From Candidatus Parvarchaeota archaeon (lineage in GTDB: Archaea > Nanobdellota > Nanobdellia > WJKC01): a DNA stretch of 64,000 nt. Each line of letters starts with the position of its first letter. Positions within the stretch are counted from its first letter, which is position 1. This document shows, piece after piece, positions 57,280 through 64,000 of this stretch. The stretch lies in assembly GCA_030615175.1 (NCBI GenBank), contig JAUWZX010000001.1, positions 346,029-410,028 of the forward strand, written 5' to 3'. A program made the translations under genes and the position numbers. Under the pieces are notes generated by a model. The model was given only the letters and a program-made list of their open reading frames with translations. It did not search any database and was not told the origin of the DNA.

Positions 57280-58194
57280 ATGCTTGACGTGTTATGCGTT
57301 GGTGATGTTAATCAGGACATTATTACTACGCCGCTTGATGATTACCCTAAGAGGAATGAACAGGTAGTAATCCCTGAATTCAAGTATTACCTTGGAGGCT
57401 CGTCAGCTATTTGCAGCGCTGCTTGCCAGTCATTAGGTCTTAAAACAGGGTTTGTTGGGGTTGTTGGTGATGATTTCCACGGTTTAAATCTTAAGAGAAA
57501 ACTTAAGGCATTTAATGTTAAGTCTTACGTGAGGGTTTCGGGCAGGGCAGGGACTGATACTACTTTTGCAATAACATTTAAGAATGGTAAGAGGAGTTTC
57601 ATCACTTCTCATGGCGCTAATGATGAGTTAAGTATTAATGATGTTAAGAATGATGTTTTAATGAGTTCAAGGCACTTGCATGTTAGTGGTTACTGGCATT
57701 TGAAGAATTTAAGACCGCGGCTTCCTGAATTATTTAAACGCGCTAAGAGGCATGGTCTTTCAACAAGTTTTGATATTGGCGCGACTATTGAGAAGAGGGA
57801 TTGGAGTAGAATTCTTTCATTATTAAGTGATGTTGACGTGTTATTCCTTAATGATTATGAGTTAAGACTGCTCACTAAATCCTCAATGCTTAAAGGAATT
57901 AAAAAATTAATTCCTTTAGTCAGCGTTCTTGCTCTTCACTTGGGAGGTGAGGGCGCCATGGCTTGCACTAAGGATAAGCGCGTTAGGATGGATTCTTTTA
58001 ATGTTAAAGTAATTAATCCTACTGGAGCGGGCGACACGTTTAATGCAGGATTCCTTTACGCTTACTTGCGTAATGAACTCTTAGGGTCCTGCTTGAAGCA
58101 TGCTTTGGCTAATGCCTGCGTTTATATTTCAAGAAGTGAGCAGAGGTTTCCATCAATTAATGAAGTCAGGAAATTCATCCGAAGTAATCCTTGA
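57280..58194 (+). CDS. PfkB-family carbohydrate kinase
   Basis: GGSSAI, VGDD..G, NDYE, PTGAGDTFNAG. Confidence 0.93.
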   Translation: MLDVLCVGDVNQDIITTPLDDYPKRNEQVVIPEFKYYLGGSSAICSAACQSLGLKTGFVGVVGDDFHGLNLKRKLKAFNVKSYVRVSGRAGTDTTFAITFKNGKRSFITSHGANDELSINDVKNDVLMSSRHLHVSGYWHLKNLRPRLPELFKRAKRHGLSTSFDIGATIEKRDWSRILSLLSDVDVLFLNDYELRLLTKSSMLKGIKKLIPLVSVLALHLGGEGAMACTKDKRVRMDSFNVKVINPTGAGDTFNAGFLYAYLRNELLGSCLKHALANACVYISRSEQRFPSINEVRKFIRSNP

Positions 58195-58585
58195 ATTTCT
58201 CTTCAATCTTAAATTCCTTGTTTAGGAATATATCTTCAAAAGCACTTCTTAATTCATTAATCATTTTATAATTCTTCATGCAGTTCTTCTTGCTTGGATT
58301 GAAATGATAGCCCTCTGTTTCCTTCAAGTATAAGTAGATATTTCTGTACTCCAAGTTCATATTTGCAATCGTTATGCCATTTAAAGCAATATTGTATATT
58401 TCGCCGCTTAGCAGTCTTTTCTTCTTGCTTGTTGAGTAATTACTGCATAATCTGCATTCATTGCACATCAAGTTAATATTCCTTGCAATATTTAGCATGT
58501 AGAAGAGTTCATTTAGTAATTCATCATTACTTAATTCTTCAATTAATTTATTTAATGAATCCTTGACTTCTTTAACAGTTGTCAT
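58175..58585 (-). CDS. Hypothetical protein
   Basis: Open frame; CxxCxxC segment. Confidence 0.6.
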   Translation of the reverse strand: MTTVKEVKDSLNKLIEELSNDELLNELFYMLNIARNINLMCNECRLCSNYSTSKKKRLLSGEIYNIALNGITIANMNLEYRNIYLYLKETEGYHFNPSKKNCMKNYKMINELRSAFEDIFLNKEFKIEEKFKDYFG

Positions 58586-58640
58586 TAAGTAATTTTTATT
58601 ATTAATAATTAAAAAAGAATTCTATAATAGAGAATATACA

Positions 58641-58715
58641 TGAGCCCGGAGGGATTTGAACCCCCGATCTGCTGGTCCGAAGCCAGCCGCGCCATCCAGG
58701 CTACGCCACGGGCCC
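58641..58715 (-). tRNA. tRNA-Arg(TCG)
   Basis: GGGCCCG/CGGGCTC acceptor; GCTGG-CT-TCG-GA-CCAGC; TTCAAAT. Confidence 0.96.
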
Positions 58716-58734
58716 GTTAAATAATATCAATGCT

Positions 58735-59223
58735 TTATTCTTTTTTTAAACTTGTTGGCGTTGCGAATTCATTACCTGACACGTGCATTAACGGCGTGTA
58801 ATCCATTGTTTTCACGTGCTCTAATACTACTTCGCATAATACAATATTATGGTCTCCTGCGGGTATTACTTTCTTAACTTTGCATTCAAGTTGTACAGGG
58901 CTTTTCTTTATTCTTCTAGGCTTTACTTTGCTGCTTTCCTCCCACTCAATCTTTTCATACTTGTCAGTGTTTCTTCCTGTGCGCGTGCCACAGTATAATG
59001 CGTCGTCAAGCATTTCCTTTGTTGACACATTAATAACGCACTCAGGATTCTTTTCAATTAATTCTTTTGTATACCTTGCATGCCCAATGCTGAACGCTAA
59101 TAATTGTGGTTTAAAGCTTATTGGCGTCACGAAGCTGAATGTTGCCACATCATGAATTCCGTCAGCGAATGAAGTTACTAATAACACTGTTCTTGGCTGT
59201 AATAAACTACTAATGTTTGTCAT
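58735..59223 (-). CDS. Flavin reductase-like (flavoredoxin) protein
   Basis: PRTVLLVTS, PISFKP, CGTRTGR..DK, LECKV, GDHNIVLCEV. Confidence 0.9.
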   Translation of the reverse strand: MTNISSLLQPRTVLLVTSFADGIHDVATFSFVTPISFKPQLLAFSIGHARYTKELIEKNPECVINVSTKEMLDDALYCGTRTGRNTDKYEKIEWEESSKVKPRRIKKSPVQLECKVKKVIPAGDHNIVLCEVVLEHVKTMDYTPLMHVSGNEFATPTSLKKE

Positions 59224-59293
59224 ATTAATTTAGAGAAGTAATTGTTATTAATAAAAATTAATAAAAATTAATAAAATAAACTTCTTTAAAGGA

Positions 59294-60178
59294 TTAATCT
59301 TCTTCCCAATCAATGTTTATTTTTTTAGGAGAAAAACTGTAATGTAATTTATTAATATTATCAATCCATTTTCCAGGCTTGAATTTGTATATATAGTACT
59401 TTTTGTTTTTAATCATTATCTTCTTTGGTTTGAATATTAAATTTTTAGAAAAGTAGTCTTTTGCTTCGAACACGCGTGAATTATTATATTCAACGCGTAT
59501 GTGATTAGTATGGCTTTCAATGAATAAAGCATCATCTTTGTATTGAGCTTCTGAATACCAGTCGCTATCAGTAGTGCTATGCCCAATTTTCCAGGCAATC
59601 TTGTCACACTTATTTATTAAGTCTTCATTTATGACTTGTTCTAAATCCTCTTCATTAACTGCATGAACTACTCCCCAATTATTATAAGCCCTCTCAGCAG
59701 TACCCTTCTCCATCTTCCACCACATTTTTCTAATAGACTCTTCAAACAACGTCATTGCCCTTACCGTTCCATCAGAACTTATTGCCAGTTCATTACCATA
59801 TATTATTGCAAGCATTGTATCAAATTTAGGCATCTCTTCAACATCAACAAATGAACCTCCAAGGCTTCTGTAAACGCTTGGCCAAACATGATAATTCTGT
59901 ATTACTTCATGAATTCCTTCTAATAATTCACCAATCCTTTTATTATGCGTTGTTTTAGGCTTAATCTCAACAATGTTACTTAATAGTAATCCCTTCTCAA
60001 GCATTATTAAAGGATTTTCTTGACTAATATCTAAATCCTTAAAGTTATTATATAACTCATTAATCTCTTTAATTATACTTTTTAGTTTTTCTTTTTCTTC
60101 ATCATAATATAAATCCCTTTCAATTATAGTCTCTAAGTCTTCTCTTAAACTTAAATAGGAACTTATTTTAACAGGCAT
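59294..60178 (-). CDS. Hypothetical protein
   Basis: Long open frame; no motif recognised. Confidence 0.65.
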   Translation of the reverse strand: MPVKISSYLSLREDLETIIERDLYYDEEKEKLKSIIKEINELYNNFKDLDISQENPLIMLEKGLLLSNIVEIKPKTTHNKRIGELLEGIHEVIQNYHVWPSVYRSLGGSFVDVEEMPKFDTMLAIIYGNELAISSDGTVRAMTLFEESIRKMWWKMEKGTAERAYNNWGVVHAVNEEDLEQVINEDLINKCDKIAWKIGHSTTDSDWYSEAQYKDDALFIESHTNHIRVEYNNSRVFEAKDYFSKNLIFKPKKIMIKNKKYYIYKFKPGKWIDNINKLHYSFSPKKINIDWEED

Positions 60179-60247
60179 TAGAAGAGTTGCATCTTTTATT
60201 TATTAAAAGCGTTTTGATAGAATAAAATATATTTTATAAAAGAAAAG

Positions 60248-60394
60248 CGGACCCGGAGGGATTTGAACCCCCGACCTACAGCTAACTCCTATAACGCTCA
60301 GAGTAGGTCAGTTACTCCATAAATGGAGATTCGTCGTCTATCATCATCGCTGGATTAGGAGGCTGTCGCCCTGTCCAGACTAGGCTACGGGTCC
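60248..60394 (-). tRNA. tRNA-Arg(CCT) with 72-nt intron at 37/38 (60284..60355)
   Basis: GGACCCG/CGGGTCC acceptor; ACAGC-CT-CCT-A^A-GCTGT; BHB central helix CTCC/GGAG with bulges TA^A and TT^A. Confidence 0.95.
60284..60355 (-). ncRNA. Putative intron-encoded box C/D guide RNA
   Basis: Box C ATGATGA (60347-60341); box D CTGA (60301-60298); D-guide CTGACCTAC complementary to its own exon GTAGGTCGG. Confidence 0.6.
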
Positions 60395-60464
60395 GCCCTT
60401 AATAAATAAGTAAAGAACGCGGTTTATAAGATTTTCCAAAGGGAAAATTTTATATCCTGCTTAA

Positions 60465-60872
60465 TTGTCATTAATTCTTATGCCCTTGGTACTCTTAAAG
60501 AATGTGAGGAGTGATGAATTCAGCATTGATGAGAATAATCTTGAAAACTTCTTAGTTAAGCCTACGAGAATGGAGTTAGCAATTCTTTTTGGTTTGCAGT
60601 ATTATAATATTACTTTAGACTTGAAAAAGGATGAGAAGCGCATACACATTATTGATATCTGCAAGTATTGGTATGAGAATGAAGCTAATGAAATGTATGA
60701 TAAAATAAGTGAGTGCATTAAAAGAGGAAATTATAAATTAATTAAAACAGAGATAAACTTTGGATGCCCTGACCTTGAAAGAGAAATTGGCAGACGAGAA
60801 ATATTATTTTATGTGAAGCAACCTAAAGGGGAAATACCTGAAGCCATAATAATAGATAAGAACGATAAATAA
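60465..60872 (+). CDS. Hypothetical protein
   Basis: Open frame; no motif recognised. Confidence 0.55.
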   Translation: MSLILMPLVLLKNVRSDEFSIDENNLENFLVKPTRMELAILFGLQYYNITLDLKKDEKRIHIIDICKYWYENEANEMYDKISECIKRGNYKLIKTEINFGCPDLEREIGRREILFYVKQPKGEIPEAIIIDKNDK

Positions 60873-60899
60873 TTAAGAAATGAACTCATAATAAGAATA

Positions 60900-61529
60900 A
60901 TGCTTGACGTTTTCGAAAGTCTTGAGTTCTTAAAACAGCAAGGCTTGCCTGTTGTTAAATCATTCCTTGCTGGTTCAAGGCATGAAGCTGTTTTTGCTTC
61001 AAGAGCAATTGGTTACCCTGTAGTCATGAAATTAGTTAGTCCTAAGGCAGTTCATAAGACTGATATTGGAGGCGTGATAACAGGAATTCATGATGAATTA
61101 AGGGCTAAGAGGGCTTATGATGAGTTAATATACAAATCTGAGAAGTTAAAAATTCCTTTAAGAGGCGTGCTCGTTCAGGAACAATTCTCTGGTGTGGAAT
61201 TAATAATCGGCGTGAAGAAAGACCATGTGTTTAATCAAGTAATAATGATTGGGGTTGGAGGAATATTTGTTGAATTATTAAAGGATGTTTCATTCCGCGT
61301 ATGCCCTGTTAATAAGAAGCAAGTATTAAGCATGATTAATGAATTAAGAGCGAATAAATTACTTAAAGGGTATCGTGGCGTTAAGGGAGTTAATATTGAT
61401 AAACTCGCTGGCTTGATAAGCAAGGTTTCAAGATTAGCGGTTGATAAGGATTTAATTGAAATGGATATTAATCCAATAATAATGAAGGCTGACAAGGCAT
61501 TAATTGTTGATGCAAGAATTAAATTCTAG
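60900..61529 (+). CDS. acdB: ADP-forming acetate--CoA ligase beta subunit (ATP-grasp)
   Basis: GYPVVMK.VSP..VHKTDIGGV, GVGGIFVELLKDVSFR, EMDINP, VDARI. Confidence 0.94.
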   Translation: MLDVFESLEFLKQQGLPVVKSFLAGSRHEAVFASRAIGYPVVMKLVSPKAVHKTDIGGVITGIHDELRAKRAYDELIYKSEKLKIPLRGVLVQEQFSGVELIIGVKKDHVFNQVIMIGVGGIFVELLKDVSFRVCPVNKKQVLSMINELRANKLLKGYRGVKGVNIDKLAGLISKVSRLAVDKDLIEMDINPIIMKADKALIVDARIKF

Positions 61530-62853
61530 TCGCAGCCTTTAATGAGTCAGCGACTTCATTAATTTCGTCAAAAGCAAATACTCCTGCTTTACTGAATAAT
61601 CTTAAAGCATCTTTAATCTTCTTACCGCCCAGGAAGCACGGAATCACTGGCTTCTTAACTGTTTTTGAGAATTCAATCACTGCTTTTGCAGTCTTCTCAA
61701 CTTCAGTCATTGCCTGAGGAGTAAGGATTATTATAACTGCATCATAGAATTTCTCCTTACTAATTATCTTAAACACTTTTTCATACCTGTCTGCTAACGC
61801 GTCACCTAAAACGTCTATTGGGTTATTATGACTCCACGCTTTAGGAAGCGCCCTGTTAAGCGCTTTCTTAATTTTTAATGGCAGTTTAGGAATTATTAAG
61901 CCGTTCTTAATGCATGAGTCAGTCATTAAGATGCTTGGACCGCCGGCATTACTAATAATTAATATTTTCTTCCCAATGACTCCATGTTTGTTAATTAATT
62001 CAGCGCTCTTTATTAAATTATTAAATGATAATACACTAATTGCGTTGCACTGCTTGAAAGCTGCCTTGTATATTTCATAACTGCCTGCAAGCGACCCTGT
62101 GTGACTGCTCGCTGCTCTCTGACCTGCCTCACTAGTCCCTGCCTTTAATACTAATATTGGTTTTTTTGAATTAATGCATGCGTTCATGAATTTCCTGCCA
62201 TGCTTTATTGATTCAATGTATAATGCAATCACTTTTGTTTCCGAATCATTGTTTAATTCATTTATTAATTCATGGAAGCTGATGTCAGCCATGTTGCCAA
62301 TGCTTATGAAGTAGCGCAGCCCTATTCCTTCACCTATTGCCCAGTCAAGTATTGCGACTCCAAGGGCTCCTGACTGGCTTATGAAACTAATACCTCCTTT
62401 TTTAGGCGTTTCCTTGAAGAATGATGCATTAAAGTAGCCTGGCTTAATTACTCCCAGAACATTAGGTCCTAGTAACCTGACTCCTAATTTTTTTGCTTTC
62501 CTTATTAACTTGCTCTCAATTCTTGCTTCACCTGTTTCCTTGAATCCAGCGCTTACAATTATTGCTTCACTTACTCCTTTAACTCCGCATTCACCAATCA
62601 CTTTATCAACTAATGATGCTGGAACTACAATTACTGCTACTTCAACGTTTTCTTTTATCTTTGTTACATTTTCATAGCACTTAACTCCAAGAATTCTCTT
62701 AGCATTAGGATTCACTGGGTAAACTTTTATTCTTGATTTTTTTAAATTCTTGAAGACTATGTGCCCGACTTTACTTGGATTCCTTGAAGCACCAATCACT
62801 GCCACGCTTTTAGGGTTTAGAATCTTTAACATTATGTTTCTATAATTATTCAT
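61519..62853 (-). CDS. acdA: ADP-forming acetate--CoA ligase alpha subunit
   Basis: SVAVIGAS, GPNVLG, SQSGALG, SHTGSLAG, NAGGP, NPIDVLGDA. Confidence 0.95.
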   Translation of the reverse strand: MNNYRNIMLKILNPKSVAVIGASRNPSKVGHIVFKNLKKSRIKVYPVNPNAKRILGVKCYENVTKIKENVEVAVIVVPASLVDKVIGECGVKGVSEAIIVSAGFKETGEARIESKLIRKAKKLGVRLLGPNVLGVIKPGYFNASFFKETPKKGGISFISQSGALGVAILDWAIGEGIGLRYFISIGNMADISFHELINELNNDSETKVIALYIESIKHGRKFMNACINSKKPILVLKAGTSEAGQRAASSHTGSLAGSYEIYKAAFKQCNAISVLSFNNLIKSAELINKHGVIGKKILIISNAGGPSILMTDSCIKNGLIIPKLPLKIKKALNRALPKAWSHNNPIDVLGDALADRYEKVFKIISKEKFYDAVIIILTPQAMTEVEKTAKAVIEFSKTVKKPVIPCFLGGKKIKDALRLFSKAGVFAFDEINEVADSLKAATRI

Positions 62854-62933
62854 AGTATAAAAAACTTAACAACTTGTCTTATTTATTATAATATAACAAA
62901 CTTTAAATTAATTAAAAGCAATTAAGTGATATT

Positions 62934-63281
62934 ATGAGTGAGAGTTATATTGATAAAGATTTCGAGGAATTAATTGAATTGGCCAAGAAGAAACCAGCAT
63001 ATAATAAAGTGATTGATAGTAGTCCTGAAGGATTACAGGAATATGAAAATATAATAAAGCGTCTTTACTATCTTGTTAAGGATGGATGGTTAAATAAAAA
63101 TTTTGAAGGACATGCATTGAAAATCCGTGCACAGGCATATGTTCTTTCAATAATGGATATTTTCGATAAAGAGTTTATAGAGAAAACTAAGTATTTATTA
63201 GACAGTGAGGAAGGTAAGGAAAAGCTTGGAAGAATAATGAGCGAACTTGATGATAAGAATATAGAGTCATTATTAAAGTAA
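62934..63281 (+). CDS. Hypothetical protein
   Basis: Open frame with its own TATA. Confidence 0.6.
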   Translation: MSESYIDKDFEELIELAKKKPAYNKVIDSSPEGLQEYENIIKRLYYLVKDGWLNKNFEGHALKIRAQAYVLSIMDIFDKEFIEKTKYLLDSEEGKEKLGRIMSELDDKNIESLLK

Positions 63282-63290
63282 AGTTAGCCT

Positions 63291-63524
63291 TCATCCCCCA
63301 ATCATTTTTGGCAATATCACTATTCTTGAGTTATCCTTTATTTTCTCATTAAGGTCTTGAATGCTTAATCCATTAATCATGATTACGTAATCCTCAAGTT
63401 GCTTGATTTTCATTTTTTTAACAACATCTTTTATTGATGAATCCTTGCTCATGCTTAATATGATTTCTTTCTCTGCTGGCTCATAAGTCTTAACCTTTAC
63501 TTTTATTCTCTGCACACAACGCAT
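63291..63524 (-). CDS. Ubiquitin-like SAMP/MoaD/ThiS protein
   Basis: Beta-grasp pattern VIMING...IVILP..GG C-terminus; AGGAGG SD. Confidence 0.9.
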   Translation of the reverse strand: MRCVQRIKVKVKTYEPAEKEIILSMSKDSSIKDVVKKMKIKQLEDYVIMINGLSIQDLNEKIKDNSRIVILPKMIGG

Positions 63525-64000
63525 TTAGGATTCCTCCTTATCACTAGTGTATCAAATTTATTATCATGAAGTGAGAATATAGTGATAAATGATTTCTCTG
63601 GCTTAGTCATTCCTGACAATATGTGTATTGCTTGGCTTGCTGATAAACTGCCTGCAACCCCTGGCGCTGGACCAATAACTCCTATTAACTGCTTCTTTTT
63701 TGACTCCTTGTACACGCAGGCAAAGCATGCCTTGCCAGGCATGAAGACCGCACTCACTCCTTTATTCTTCTCTATTGCAGCATGTATGAATGGAATGCTT
63801 AACTTAATGCTTGCCTCATTCATTATGAAGCGGGATTCCATGTTGTCAGTTCCGTCAAGAATTAAGTCACAGTTTTTAGCAAGTCTTAATACACTATCCT
63901 TTGTAATCCTTGCATTCACTGCTTTTAATTTAACATTCTTATTCATTTTTTTCAATTTCTCTTCCGCAACCTTAACTTTAATCTGCCCAATATCCATTTC
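63503..64000 (-). CDS. ThiF/MoeB/UbaA E1-like enzyme (partial; starts beyond the window)
   Basis: DIG..KV, LDGTDN..SRF, CFAC, GVIGP..G..GS, CVVC. Confidence 0.93.
   Translation of the reverse strand, partial: EMDIGQIKVKVAEEKLKKMNKNVKLKAVNARITKDSVLRLAKNCDLILDGTDNMESRFIMNEASIKLSIPFIHAAIEKNKGVSAVFMPGKACFACVYKESKKKQLIGVIGPAPGVAGSLSASQAIHILSGMTKPEKSFITIFSLHDNKFDTLVIRRNPKCVVCRE

Noticed and set aside
59245..59280. Short aataaaaatt tandem repeat
   Set aside because: Low-complexity AT tract, probably terminator/promoter sequence.

Overview
AT-rich, gene-dense archaeal chromosome segment. It is most likely DPANN (Nanoarchaeota/Woesearchaeota-like), inferred from the long-loop L40e, the compact apparently leaderless promoters and the salvage/fermentative gene content. 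Housekeeping genes include gltX, RNase J, ArcTGT, ExoIII, deoxyhypusine synthase and Elp3, plus an RNase P/proteasome/SBDS/exosome superoperon joined directly to rpoK-rps2. RNA genes are a stand-alone 5S rRNA and five tRNAs: Gly-TCC, Ala-CGC, Arg-TCG, Arg-GCG (D-loop intron) and Arg-CCT (72-nt intron). Metabolic genes include a nucleoside phosphorylase/ECF salvage operon, TPI, FBP aldolase/phosphatase, iPGM, a glycogen cluster (GT4, GH57, GT3, DUF5752-like, HxHxQ HIT), ADP-forming acetate-CoA ligase and a SAMP/E1 pair. Most notable: (1) three dispersed Asgard/eukaryote-like trafficking-type proteins (Rab-like GTPase, uDENN/folliculin-like longin, AP-sigma/TRAPP-like longin); (2) a RaSEA-ArcS fusion divergent from ArcTGT, a possible two-gene archaeosine pathway; (3) a box C/D-like guide in a tRNA-Arg intron, antisense to its own exon; (4) two promoter-led double-hairpin sRNA candidates flanking the 5S/GTPase locus; (5) recurrent short duplications of gene 3' ends. 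No CRISPR array, transposase, integrase or reverse transcriptase was seen. All family assignments are by-eye motif recognition, not database searches.
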